Assembly: GCA_036630325.1 (NCBI GenBank)
Contig: CP142727.1
Location: 62,001-126,000, forward strand
DNA: 64,000 nucleotides
Direction of reading: 5' to 3'
Origin: Vairimorpha necatrix
Taxonomy: Eukaryota
In this document: positions 22,886 to 36,099 of the stretch, piece by piece
Layout: every line of letters begins with the position of its first letter
How positions within the stretch are numbered: the first letter of the stretch is position 1
The notes under the pieces: generated by a model
What the model saw: only the letters and a program-made list of their open reading frames with translations
Told to the model about the DNA's origin: nothing
Databases searched by the model: none
Program-made: the position numbers and the translations under genes

Positions 22886-23600
22886 GGAAAATAGCTTCAA
22901 TATTGACATGGAGCTTACCCGTTGCCCTTTTTGTGCAGATCAGCCATATAAGTAGTTAAATTACACTTTTTAAGCAATAAATATTTCAAGTCCGTGGCAT
23001 TGATTTTTGTAATGTGTTCTTGGAATATGGCCATTTTCTAATAGTTTTTAAATAATAATTATTACAAATATTTTTAATGATGATTATTTGCTATCTTAGA
23101 CGCTAACGCGGAACCTATCCTTGTTAAACTAAAAAAATAAATCGAAATAAGAATACCCTAATTAAATTCATGTATTTTGTCTATTTTATATTTCATTCTT
23201 TAAAACAAAACATTGGCGTACTGCCGAATTTAGTAACATCCTACAACTTTGATTTTTTTTTGTGTGACTCGGCCTGACAGGTCACTTGAGATGCTTTACA
23301 AAATTTTGGACATATGTGACAGATGATTTTTATGATATCTACTCTTGTGATGTAACTATGTGCATTACCATTATATGATTTATATTTATATCTTAATTTA
23401 AAAAAATGATATTTTTTTACAATTGAATGTAAATTTTTTTATGTTCTAATAAAACCAATAAGAGTATGCATAAAAAAGTATATATTTTAATATTTGTGAA
23501 AAATAATTAAATTAATTTTTAGTGGCATTTTTAATTTTTAGTATTTAGAAAAGCTAAATTTTTTTTTTGTTCTATTATTGGATCTTTTTACCCCTTTATT

Positions 23601-24491
23601 ATGCTACAAAATATTTTGTTCGTTATTAGTTTTGCACTAGGAAGTAATAGTAGTAATTTTTGGAGAGGATGGGAAGATCAGCCTAAGCATGGAATTTATA
23701 AATTAAAAAAAGACGATAAAAAAAATAATGAAAATAATTTAAAAGTTTTAAATGAAAGACAGCATCCCTATAAAAGATTAAATGCAGTTGCAAATAATGC
23801 AACCAATGAAAAAATGCAAACAAAGGAAATACACCTCGTGCAACGATTTGTCAACAATATGGTTCTTTACAATTCCCAAAATAATAACATTTCTAAAAAT
23901 TATGAAAACTATATCAGACGTAGTATATATTTTGATAGTCTTATACAAGAATGGGAGAATGCTAAAATAGATCCAATAAAGGGAAGTAAGGAATTAAAAT
24001 TTAATGACACAAACTACAAGAAATTTACTCTGCTCAAAGTATACACTAACGCCTGGTTATTTAAGTTTAAAAAAATATCAATTGAATATTTGCCGAAGAT
24101 TAGGACTGAGATACAAAATTCATCGATAAATGAAACATATAAAAAATTTATAATAGAAAATATAGATTGCTTATCACGAGTCATGAAATATTATACATCG
24201 TTAGTGCCATTTTACAAAAGTTACAGATATGAATCCAAAAATTTAATATATTACTATACTTTATTAAGTCTTAGATTACCATATCTATTTACCCATTTCG
24301 ACGTATGTGGGAAGTTTATACGTTTATATGAAAACATAATCGCCCAATTACCACTAAAATTAGACAATACTAGCAGCATGACAACTACATTGCTTGATTT
24401 GGGGGAGAAAATATCATACATAATTTATGCTCGAGATACCTTTCTAGAAAAGATCAAAGAAATGACAAATTTGCTCAGGAATTTGAAATAA
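23601..24491 (+). CDS. Secreted multigene-family protein, copy 1 (subfamily A)
   Basis: Signal peptide MLQNILFVISFALG, CCC motif, shared domain (FDSLIQEWEN...YLPKI...RLPYLFTHFDVCGKFIRLYE). Confidence 0.85.
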   Translation: MLQNILFVISFALGSNSSNFWRGWEDQPKHGIYKLKKDDKKNNENNLKVLNERQHPYKRLNAVANNATNEKMQTKEIHLVQRFVNNMVLYNSQNNNISKNYENYIRRSIYFDSLIQEWENAKIDPIKGSKELKFNDTNYKKFTLLKVYTNAWLFKFKKISIEYLPKIRTEIQNSSINETYKKFIIENIDCLSRVMKYYTSLVPFYKSYRYESKNLIYYYTLLSLRLPYLFTHFDVCGKFIRLYENIIAQLPLKLDNTSSMTTTLLDLGEKISYIIYARDTFLEKIKEMTNLLRNLK

Positions 24492-25609
24492 TAAATATCT
24501 TTTTTTTAAATCTACTCACATTGAAACTTATATTTTTATGTATTGTAGTCATTTTAATTTCATAAATACACTTATATATATATATTTTGAACTCTTTCTA
24601 AGATTTTGAAAGGAAGAAAATGTTGTCATGAAAAATACACATGAAACGATAGTATTTTATATGTAACAAATTTAACATAATAAATATTGTTACCAAAAAG
24701 AGAGTTGGTCAATTGAGATGGCTTTTATGAAGTGTAACTTTATTTATTTGGCATTTTTATTCTATTATAGATTTCTTAAATAGGTTTAGGTTCGAAACTG
24801 AAACTAGTTTGTCTTAATTCATTATAAATTGTTTCACCTTTCAGTTTGAGTCTGATCATTTGCGCTTTCAACACGACTTGTAGCGAATATATTTACCATA
24901 TTATAAGAAGATTAATTTTTAATTAATAAAGCATCTTCTCTCTTCATGTGCCTCTATTTCATTCTTCATGTGCCTCTATTTGTGAGTAGGGATGATTAGA
25001 CTCTCCGTCTCTCGCCTTTCCTAATTACTTTCTAGATCTCCTGATCTTTTATATTCTAAAGAGATGTTTTGCGAGTTCTATTCAGAACTATCATATTATA
25101 TGATAATATTTTTATCTAATCTTATGTGCAGATTGGTTTTATATCCTAGTATAATATATTTTATATCTATAAAAAAGAAATTTAAATGTATAAACAACGT
25201 TATATGTGTATGAAGGTTTAAAAAAAAAATATATGACGATGACATAAAAATAGTTGATAGCGACAGATAGACAGTGGCCTAAGATTTTTAAAAAAAAAAG
25301 AAGTGCGTATAAAGTATTCTATCCCCTCTTTAACTTTGTTTTTGAAGGAAATTTCCCACTTTTTTCCGCCTACAAACTAAAAGAAAAAATGCAAAGAGAG
25401 TGTGAAGATTTTCTTAAGTTATAGATATATAATCTTTAAACTGTTTTCTTTGACTGCTAAAAAACATCAAGTCCAAAAAAATTATATAAAAAATTTAAAT
25501 TTTATAGAAAACTACAATTTAGGTAAAAATGAATCTTTATATACGATTGGAATGTTTGAAACCCAGATATTTTATTTTTAATTTCTAGTTCTAAATTAAA
25601 GAACTAGTC

Positions 25610-26730
25610 AAAATACTTCATTTAATTAGTTGAGTTAATTTTCCATAAGTTAAATGATTATAGTGCAGCTTGCCTTGGTTTCGCATATGTGACTCAGCTT
25701 TTTACAGACTATGATTTTTATGAAATTTTTTTAGCCTTCCGCTGTAAACTTTTAGCTTCATTCTCCTTTAACGGCAACCTTTATCTAACGGCGCCATATT
25801 TACTAGACGCTTACATCCGAATGCATTTCTTCATCTCCTGCATGCTCTTGATCGTATCCTCGTCGTCGTATCAAAGAGATGGACTCTAGAGTCTTCTTAA
25901 AAACAATAGACTAGAATGATCCTTTTAAGATTAGGTTGAAATTGTGCTTCTGATGTAAATTCTATGATATTTGGTCACAACTCGATCCCTGGTCATAACA
26001 AAAACACCTATTCTTGTCGAAATTTATGTGTTAGTCCTAATTTTTATGTTAGAAATTCATATTTCTTAGTATGTCATTTTCGACTATAGTTAGTCGGTCC
26101 TAGAAGGTTATACCACCTTCAACTATTAAAATTTCTTTCTCTTTCTTGTCCAATACAAGAACGTCATTGCTTATATGGTCCAATTTTCTATTGGTGTATA
26201 TCCTCGTATATACTCTTATTTCCGCACAAAAGTTTTCCATGGTCCTTGTAGAAGAGCTCACGTATTTTCTATGTATTCTTAACCCCATTTTTAATGCATA
26301 CTATTAGATATGCATTTAACTATCTAGCAATGTCTTTTAATATTATCAAAACCTGACACTCATCCACATTTGGTAGCTAAATGATACATGGTCTTAGTAC
26401 GAGATCCACAATGAGTGCCTGTCCTCTTGGCTCAAAAGAATTTCTATTCTCCAAGAAGCAGTTAATTGCCTCTGATATAGACCCATTCTTTCCTTTGACC
26501 AGCGGGCAAACGAGCCCGCAATGCTTTTCGATCCTTAATTTTGTCTTTGAACAACTTTTCGTATTTGTCCTTGTTTTTACTTTGTTATAAAGCGCTTCTT
26601 TTTGTATATTATTTTATCTTCTGTGTCGTCTCTCCTACAAAGACATACCTAATCCTTAGAGACTCGATGATGTTAAAAAAGTATGATTTGCTCATAAATT
26701 CTACATTGTATCGCTGCAATAGTTTAAGTT
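25610..26730 (-). mobile_element. 5'-truncated, decayed copy of the R4/Dong-like non-LTR element at 42718-46301
   Basis: The reverse complement matches the element's 3' part, e.g. ACTCTAGAGTCCATCTCTTTG..ACGACGACGAGGATACGATCA, the endonuclease DKKEKEILIVEGGIT and the 3' UTR. Confidence 0.85.
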
Positions 26731-28252
26731 AATTGTATCATAAGTAAAATACAATAAGCTAAATTCCAAATTTTTAAGGTTTTAAACAAGATGGACGATT
26801 TATAAAAATAAATAAATCCTAGAAACAGTAAGATAAAAGACATAATTGCTGATATTAAACTTTTTATGAACACAAATTTAGCAAGACACATTTTTAAAAG
26901 AATTTAACCGCTATTTCTATTTTATTAAATTTTAAGAATAATTTATATATACTTAAATTTTACATTTTTAATTTTGATTTTGTAAAGAAGGTGAAAATAA
27001 AAAATTTGTCATTTTAAATATAAAGATTACTGCATACGATCAACATCTTTTTTAAAATTAAGACATTGTATATTATTTTTATTTTAAATGAGATAATATT
27101 GCCGTTCCGCTAGTATTTCGACAAAACATTATCCATAGTCTGTATTAATTACCCACATAAATTTTTTATTCCAAAACTATAATTTTTCACTATATTATTG
27201 TTATTTTATGATATATAAACAATATTTGTAACAAAAACTGAAATTTATTCACTAATTCTGCGTTGAAATTGAGATTACATATTGCGGGGAATGTTCACTA
27301 TCGGCCGAGAAGAGGTACTATTCAGATGCTATATAATTTTTTATTGTTGCCCCATCAAGGCTTAATTTTCTTTTGAGGTTTACAGGCGTGAAAAAAATTA
27401 GGTCAAAAGGCGCAACGGTCTGTTCCCAGACCTTTTTTCTCCCTAAGGGTCTCCCTTAGGGAGAGACGAAAAAAAATTATAATTATAAAAGCATTTTATT
27501 TTAGAAAACTTTTATAATTTCAATAAAAACTCTTTATGGCTCTTGATATTTTTATATATTGCTTCACCATTGTGCCATTAAATTCCACCAAAAAATCCGG
27601 GATCGCCTTTTTGGTCTCCTTTTTAGCTATTATATCACATTTAAGATGTGACCAGACTCCCTCTATTGAATTTGTGGCCTCTTTTGCTTTATTTTAAGCT
27701 GTCATCATGAAATACAATGCGATGATTACCGTTGCTAGATTCTACTGCTGTCCTATAAAATTATTGCCCATCAATTATGCAAATCGTTAGGTAGTTTATG
27801 TATTTTTAAAAAAAACAACATCATCGTCTGGCTAGTCTGGTTAGGTACTATCTCGGTTCTCAATTCTAACGTTCGCTCGTCTATTGTACCTACCACCATG
27901 TACAGTTTTTGACTGTCAATATCTTTTCGATGTGATCATACAATTTCCATTTCCAAAAACTGTTTCATCGGGGGTTGTCACTTCTTCAAACCCTCCTATT
28001 TTTTTTAGTGTTTAATGTTTTCCTTTTATAGTGCTTCGTATATTTTTTTTGGCCCTGAAGACACTGGAAGCTGACACACGAGAATTTTTGTTTAGGTTTA
28101 GTTTAGACTGCTTTTTAATGAATGAATACAGAATTTATAAATAATTGTTTATGGGGCTTGGGAACTATAAATTGAAGTTTTATCAAGAACTTCCATTGAT
28201 GTTCCACATTCCTTCACCCCCTACACTTAAACTGGTGGCAGTCTATGTACAT

Positions 28253-30966
28253 CAGAGGTGGGCAAATACTTTAAAGCTGTGGGCCAAATGAATTTTTTAA
28301 AATGTCTCCCGGGCCGGAGGACTATTTCGGCTTTGCTTTACACAAGCGGAAATTTCGGATAAGTTTTTCCCCTGCCCATTTTTAACAAAAATATTAAGTA
28401 TCATTTCAATTAGAATAAAATATATCAAGTACCTTTTAAGGAAATATTATTATAAATAAATGGATATTAGATAAACCACACAATTAAAGGTTTTATTTTG
28501 TTACATTTTAATGTCTTAACGATATTAATTATTTTATATTGACACATGGTTATTACAATTTAACATTTATATTGCATCTCTAAATATAATAGTAAAAAAA
28601 TTCAAAAAAGAAAAAAAAACATCAAATGTTAAAATAAATATTTAATGTTAATGCGAAACGTGAAATGTCGAATGTTCATCCGACATTATTTCTTCAAAAT
28701 TAGGTTCTAAATCACTTGTAGCAATTCTTAATACCGAGTGTATATTTTCGTCAATAATTTGTGATCGATACTTATTTTTCGTGGAAACCATTAAAGAAAA
28801 GGTTTTTATACAAATATAAGTCGAACTAAATAAAACGAGACATTTCTGAGCATAGTTCAAAAAATGTTTGAAATGTTCATTATTTAACGCGCCATAGAAA
28901 GCACTCAATTCGTTTGAGTGAAAATTTTCTTTTAGTAAATTATTTGATTGTAAGTCAATTAGTTCTAGTTGAATTTCAACAGGAGCTTCTTGCACGTCGA
29001 AATTGAAAGGATGGCCAATTAATGATAAAGGTTTTTCAATATCTTTGAAATCTTCTTTGGAATTCAGAATGCAGGTCTTGTGTTATTGCACTATATTTAA
29101 AAAAATCTGTATTTTTTAATGATTCTCGCCGTGCTTGCAATGAGGGGAAATGATTTAATAATTTATTATTAAAGTTTTCAGCAAATAAATTAAGTTTTGT
29201 CATAAATGCTTTGACGTTTGAGTGCATATTGAAAGCGAATTGGTTTTTACCTTGTAGATTTATATTTAGTTCATTCAAATATTTTACTATATCTACTGAA
29301 AACGAGAAATCGTTTAGCCAAGCCTCATTTTGCAATTCAGGAAAATCTTGTAGTTTTTCTTTTATCGACAAGAATGATACTATTTCATCAAGCAAATATT
29401 GAAATCTATGTAAAACTTTACCAATGCTAAGCCATCTCACTTCAGTGTAATAGGGAATTTCGTAGTAGTCACTTTCAATTTCTTTCAAAAATTCAAGAAA
29501 CTGTCGATGATTTAAGGCATGTTTTCGGATATAATTTACAATTTTGGTCACAACAGTAACGACGTGATTCAATTTCAAAACTTTTCTGCATAGCATTTCT
29601 TGGTGAATAATGCAGTGCAAAAATAATATATCGTGTTCTGGTTGTAACTTTTTTACTTTGTCGCGAATTCGTTTAAGTAAGCCTATATTTTCCCCCGTTA
29701 AACTAGGACAGCCATCCGTAGTGACGCTTTCTATTTTATTCCAAGTTAAACTAACTTTAACTAAATACTCTTCAACAGCGAGAAAAAAGTCTTTACCAGT
29801 AGTTGTATTTTTCATTGGATGCAGACTAAGAAGTTCCTCGATAATTTCACATTTCTTATTAATGCCGCGAATAAATATTAATAATTGACTTGTATCAGTA
29901 ATATCGCAGGACTCATCTAAAGCCAGAGAACAATAGGTAAAATCAGCAATTTTTCTGCTTAGCTGGTCAAGTAAGTTTCCTGAAATATTTTCAATCCGGC
30001 GTACTATTGTTCTTCTCGAAAGCCTTAGATTTTCAAAATAAGTTTCTTTTCAGGACAACATATCTCCGACACTTGTACCATGCATTGTTTAACAAATTCT
30101 GCTTCTAAAAACGCTTACAGAACTTATCAATTTTGTGTGCGACAGCATAACTTGCTTTTGTAGTAGATTTTACAATATTAATTCGTTTGGTAAAAATTTT
30201 TTGTTGCTGATTCAAGTTTTTTGTTAAGTTTTCAGCTATGTTTTAAAGTTCTTGTAGAGAAAGAGATGCATATTTTGGATGTTTTGTTGTAAAATGCCTG
30301 CTTAAATTGTATTCTTTGAAAACAGCAATTGTTTCCTGACAAACTAAACAAATTGCTTTCTTATTAATGTTTGTAAAAAGATATTTTACCGTCCAATCTT
30401 CATTGAAGTTTCTGCATTCCAAATCAACTTTTCTTTTTTTTAGTTTCTCTCATTTTAAAAGGGCTATAAAAAAATAAGTTAAATAAAAACAATAAAAAAA
30501 CACCAAAGTTTTAAAAATTTACTTACAAAAAGTCCACTTTTTCAATTTTATATATGCAAACCAATGGTAGATTCGAACTAAAAAAGAGTATGCGATCAGA
30601 ATAAAATAATAATTAACAATACCTGGGCTGCGATCTGTCGTCCCCCAAACATTGAGAGGCTGAGAGGAGTGCAGCATATGTCATCCACACATGCATTTTA
30701 AACCTAGCGCGATCTAATTTGTGTTCGATGAAAACCCCGCCACGAGAGCGATTGTCGCGAGCGACCCGCATCGTTCACACTAGTGTAATCAGCCTAACGC
30801 TTATTTTATTTCGCCTATTATATATACAGTTCGCATATTAATAATGTTTATGTCAATAAAATCTAATAAAGTGCTTTAAAAAATTGCGTTAGAATTTTTA
30901 AGCGGGCCGGATAAAATTAGCAAAAGGGCCGGATCCGGCCCGCGGGCCGGCTTTTGCCCACCTCTG
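28253..30966 (-). mobile_element. hAT DNA transposon, Buster/Charlie (GTF2IRD2-like) group
   Basis: Perfect 14-bp TIR CAGAGGTGGGCAAA and 8-bp TSD ATGTACAT (28245-28252 and 30967-30974). Confidence 0.95.
28648..30453 (-). pseudogene. Frameshifted hAT transposase
   Basis: BED-type finger (AICLVCQE...NLSRHFTTKH), LALDES, VTTDG, HCIIHQ, EVRWLS and C-terminal dimerisation region (FSSTYIC). The ATG at 30453 follows GCCC. Several frameshifts. Confidence 0.9.
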
Positions 30967-31999
30967 ATGTACATCGTTCAGAGTTATTATTGTTGTACGC
31001 AAAACTGATTTTAGAAAACATGGGTTTATTTATTTACTATATTTATAGTCCAAATGTCGAATATCTTGAGCGAATTACATTTGATAAATAATTGGAAGAC
31101 ATTTGGCATGTTATACTTTCAACAATTACCATTATAACAAGACAAATTTGTCATTCCATGGTCGTTTTTAGTAGATTTCATTTAGTAGCCAGCATATTGC
31201 CTCATGTGGGTCTTGGAAGATTTTTGACCAACTGCCAAGAGGCGTCAACAAGCCATAAGGGTAGAATAATTTTGAAAAAATCACCTAAAACACAAAAAGT
31301 TTATAGAACAAGAAATGTAATCCAAATGAAATTCAAACTATTTGTGAAATTTCGACTCTTAGGGATATTGTTCATAAAACTTTCGCCACTTTACGGTCTG
31401 TGCTGGATTCTAACGTAAAAAAAAATAGGGGAAGTCCAGGCTCAGATCGTTCCGCCGATCACACCCATTTAATAGTTCTTAAGGGTTGATAATGCTTAAA
31501 TGATATTCATTATCCCCATGCATATCCAAGCATTACTGGTATTCTGCCTTTTGACACATACATATAAATCTTACTATCTATTTCTAGCATCAGAATTTCT
31601 CAGAAATTTTAAATCTTATTATTAAAAATATGCAATTATTATTGTAAATTTATAATCTCACAATAGGAAAAATTGTGGTAACGGGATATTATTTTTTAAT
31701 GTTATAAAATATGCAAAAGAAAATTATTTATTATTTATGTGCACTAGCTTTTGCTATAATTTACTCTTTAGCTCTTATGAAGATTCTTCAACGTTCCTTT
31801 TATGATTTGATCTATATAATTTAAAATATTTAGTAAGTAATTATTCTTATTTGTTTTAATTAAATTCTTCGTATATTTCTGTAGTTCCATTATTTTTCAT
31901 AATAATGGTTTCTTATCATTTTAGTATGTACTTTGCAAAAAGTATAATTGTGATTAAATTATGAAAAATTCAATGAAATTTTATTTCTTACCCTTTTTT

Positions 32000-33181
32000 A
32001 TGATTCAATATTTTTCAATGGTTTTTAGTTCATATCTAGATAATAATTTTACATATTTTCCATTTCAATGTCAACAAGACAATAATAGTTATAGTGGCGC
32101 TTATAATTTACATATGAATAATAACAAAGACTCAACTTTGCTAAATCCCATTGATAACTTTGAAAGTTCTTCTAGTTTACAACAAAAAACTTACGAACAC
32201 ATGAAATTCAATATACAAAAAAAAAATTTCGATAACCCTTTACTTAAATTACAACATAATAATGATGATAATTCACATATTTTACAAATTGATGATACTC
32301 AAATCTACAATAATATTATGCCGCCATACATACAACAAAAAATCGAAAGTAATAGAATTGCTAATTTACAAATAACTTTAGATGCTTACACGCATACGAA
32401 TATACATCAATTAGAAAATATAAGTTCTAATAAAGGATTAAAAGCTACTGAACAAAAATTAAAGGTTCATCTAGGAAGTCTATCATCACAATATAATCCA
32501 TGTATTTCGACACAAAAATTTCAAGCAACGGGGTTGACAATGCAATTTATTACTTATTTAAGAAGGCGCCGTTCTTATGATGCCGACTACGCCGATAGAA
32601 GAAAAATGTTTATTTGTTCCTTAAATTATTGGCAACATGAGAAATTGATCGTATCAAGGACATCAGAAAAATATAAATTTTCCAAACCCAATTTATACAA
32701 AAAATATAGAGAAAATTGTCATATAACATTTTGTTGGTTACAAATATATAGAAAAATATTAAGTGAAAATTTACCAAAAATAAAAAATTTGTTAAAAGAA
32801 TCATCTATAGAGAAATTAATTAAAAAATCAATGATAGAAAACATAGAGTTTATATATCAAGCTATGATTTATTATGAAAAACTTTATCCCAAAAATTTAA
32901 GTTACGCTTATCATTCGGATGTTCTAAAAATGAGATTTAAGTTGATAAGCCGTAGATTACAATATCTTTATGATTACTTTAATATTAGTGAGAAATTTTT
33001 AGAGTTATACGAAATGATAGTAGAACATTACGCCGAAAACTTTGAAAGTAATACGACTATGAAAATAATTTTAAACAGTATGACAAAAAATTTAACAATA
33101 ATATTATGTAATCATGAGCAACACATAAAAAATTTAAGAGATAAATTGAAATTACTGAACCTTCTTAACGAAGATTATTAA
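32000..33181 (+). CDS. Secreted multigene-family protein, copy 2 (divergent; long Q/N-rich N-terminal extension)
   Basis: The ATG at 32000 follows CCCTTTTTT. C-terminal domain YW.HEK...YKF...LPKIK...IYQAMIYY...RLQYLYDYFNISEKFLELYE is shared with the paralogues. The signal peptide is weak. Confidence 0.8.
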   Translation: MIQYFSMVFSSYLDNNFTYFPFQCQQDNNSYSGAYNLHMNNNKDSTLLNPIDNFESSSSLQQKTYEHMKFNIQKKNFDNPLLKLQHNNDDNSHILQIDDTQIYNNIMPPYIQQKIESNRIANLQITLDAYTHTNIHQLENISSNKGLKATEQKLKVHLGSLSSQYNPCISTQKFQATGLTMQFITYLRRRRSYDADYADRRKMFICSLNYWQHEKLIVSRTSEKYKFSKPNLYKKYRENCHITFCWLQIYRKILSENLPKIKNLLKESSIEKLIKKSMIENIEFIYQAMIYYEKLYPKNLSYAYHSDVLKMRFKLISRRLQYLYDYFNISEKFLELYEMIVEHYAENFESNTTMKIILNSMTKNLTIILCNHEQHIKNLRDKLKLLNLLNEDY

Positions 33182-34953
33182 GAAATATTTATAAGACAAT
33201 TAAAAAACCATGCTTAATCTTTTTATTATTATTTTTCTAATTTGTCGGACAATCTTGGATTGAAAAACATAAGAAAAATAATTACGATTATTATTTTCTA
33301 AAATCTAAATTTTATGTAACATCATGTTCATGTGCTCAACTAGTATAATATATTTTTAAAGAGACATTTTACGAGTTTTAAAAAACTATTTTTATTGTTG
33401 ATAAGATAGGCATTATTTTTGTAGAAAAAAAAGGATCATGTATCGTAAATTGAACGATTTTGCAGTTTAATAGAGGTATATAGTATACCTGTCAAATTTG
33501 GCACCCTAATCCGGATAAATAGGTTAATTTTATATTGAAAATGCATAGAGCTTTGACTATTATTTAATTTATCTAAAGTCGTAATTGCGATTTTAAGATA
33601 TAAAGTAAAGCTGTTGCCGATAAAAATATTAATGATAGAAGATATCAGTAATAAAATAATATCTAGCTAAAAAATTAGTTAACCGTGCACCATTTTAACA
33701 TAAAAACAATAATAAAACTTGAGAAATTGGTGGTTGAAAAAAAATGAGAAGAATTTAATACCAGTTTAATATTTAAAAGCTTCGATACACACTGACTAAA
33801 CATTATGTATTTTGTATAAATTTCGCTAACTGTATGTCTCGTACGTCACTATTTAAATGGCGTTGTAATTGTTACGATTATCATAAAATTTACTAATACC
33901 GTACAACCGAATCGAAGCTTCGTTTTACTGAGTATACGTAATGTGACACTTTAAAATATAAATGCATGGCTCAGCAGCTTGTCCTCGAAGTTGAAATAAA
34001 AATAGAAGCCAATATAATATTACTGAAGAGGCATAACAATATGCTTCGCATATATTTGATATTCAAATATATCTAATGAATTTTTTTCATTATTAGCAAT
34101 ATAATTCGTAGTTTTTTTCGGAGAACGTTCTTATGTGAAGTTTTTTAATATACCTTTACAGCTGTTGCGATCTGCTTATACATAATATTTGAAACTTATT
34201 AAATACTGTTAAAAATCTATTTCTTTCTAAATAATTTTTCACTTACTTCCTTTTAAACTCATTTTTGTCGTTATTTATCATAACATTTTGACTGTCTTGT
34301 CACATTAATTTAATGAGGAAATTATCTCTTCAGCCCACGTCATCCACTTTACATGCGTAAAATTTTTTTTCAAAAAATTGTATGAAACCAATAGGACAAT
34401 GAGGCGGTTAAAATCACCTCTCAAGTACAGTAATTCGTAGTTTTGACATTTTATATGTGTAAAAAACTAAAGAAACTTCCAAACGATAGACTATTGTTTG
34501 TTATATAAAACTTTCTTCTGCGTTTCAGAAATAAATCTTGGAATTTAGATTTTTTTGCATATTTAAAAGTGGGTGATTCTAGCCTAATGAGAAACTCTTA
34601 AAAAATATTCTGGAGTTAACGTGTTAATATAGATGTTTTTTTATCATTAAAAATATTAAAAATTGAATATAAAATTTTATACTAACTTAGTGAAACGAGA
34701 ATGGAGATTTTGTGTAAACAAATGTAATAAAAAAAATATTATAAATTTCTGATTTTTTGTTAACACAGAGTAAACTAAAGGAAATGTTATTATAGTAGTT
34801 AGATTATGTAATGTGCGATATTAATTTTTTTTATAACTCGCAAGGTCTGACATATTGTATCGCGACCTAAGTATCCCAAAGTAAGTTTTAAAAATTCCTT
34901 TTTGATTTTAATTTTGTTTTTAGTGTATAATATTTATTTGGAGCATGCCAGAT

Positions 34954-35743
34954 TTTTTTTTCTTGCAGTAAGAGGTAGGGAGAAACCTTACATAGGGACC
35001 AGAGGGATTTGAGTGTGATCCTCATCTAACTGGTACTGTGAGATTCTTACTCACTAAAACTCCCTCCATACAACTTGCCGGTGCAGCAAGCTCTGCCGTA
35101 TCCATTGGACTTTGGATCCAGGAGAACACTTTCCATTTATACCTCAAATCGCGTCCAGAGTGACCTCACAGCAGATATAGAAACGGGCATGGTTATCTAT
35201 AACCCGATGAGAGACATCATCGTACTGACTCAAAGGTCCCCACAATCATCTGTATTGCATACACGGCTCCTTACACGACCACATCACCAGCCCGGCTTTT
35301 TTTATTAGGCTGCGCTGACCACCAGTCTCCCACTAGTTTCGGCCACCGTGTTACAGAATTTTGTAGGATAGGGTCCAAGAGACCTTTTATTGTCCTACTT
35401 CGTCTAGTCTCTTAGTTAGCTCTAGGATACGACTCTAGAGTGCACCAGCCATGGGCTCCAACTTAGGCCGTACCCATTAGATACTTGTATGTATCTTTAA
35501 GTCACCACAAGAGTGACACTGTTTTCGGCCTTGAGGTGCGTTCCTACACTAGATGCCAATCCCCTTGTGGCTGGACACACACAAGTTTCAATGAATCAAC
35601 TTAATGATTATCGTGGACATTTTCATCTTCTGAGTTGTTCCAACTGCATCATAGAAAGTAGAAACAATTTTGGTGCCTCTGGGAATCGAACCCAGCCATT
35701 GCTCAATGGAAGCATTGCATTCTACCACTGTGCTAAGGGCACC
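34954..35743 (-). mobile_element. tRNA-derived SINE, full-length copy 1 (~790 bp)
   Basis: The 5' end is a tRNA-like head with A box (TAGCACAGTGG) and B box (GGTTCGATTCC). The 3' end is an oligo(A). A 16-bp TSD TTGGAGCATGCCAGAT lies at 34938-34953 and 35744-35759. A second copy starts at 54167. Confidence 0.9.
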
Positions 35744-36099
35744 TTGGAGCATGCCAGATAAATTATTAAAAATTTGAAAATTGTGAACTTTAAACTTTAA
35801 TGGAGTCTAACCCCATTTTAACTCAAAATAGAGACGAATTTATTATTTTTTAGCGTATTAAATCTTAAGAATTAATTATTTTTTATTACAAAATAAACTC
35901 ACAATACCTTCTGACAGTTTCCCCAGTTCCTTCTAAACTTACATCTTGCGCTTTCGAATACTTTTCCTGATCAGCATCAAGATCACGTCTGATTGTATAG
36001 TTAGACTATCTAAAGTTATTTGAAGTACTTCTTTCTAAATATATGATCTAGTTTTTGGTGTATATCGGAGCTCTGATATTCGCGCGGTATAAATTAATT

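Larger units (their letters stand above)
27409..31456 (-). mobile_element. Old Merlin (ISXO2) transposon, interrupted by a nested hAT element
   Basis: Imperfect TIRs GGCGCAACGGTCTG / CAGATCGTTCCGCC. Transposase relics lie on both sides of the hAT: FQDPHEAICWLL (31.2 kb), IGG..DETVFG and TNSIEGVWSHLK (27.6-28.0 kb). Confidence 0.75.

Noticed and set aside
35672..35743. Functional tRNA gene (also at 54167-54240)
   Set aside because: The anticodon arm is irregular, there is no terminator after the head, and it is embedded in a TSD-flanked element with an A tail. It is a SINE head.
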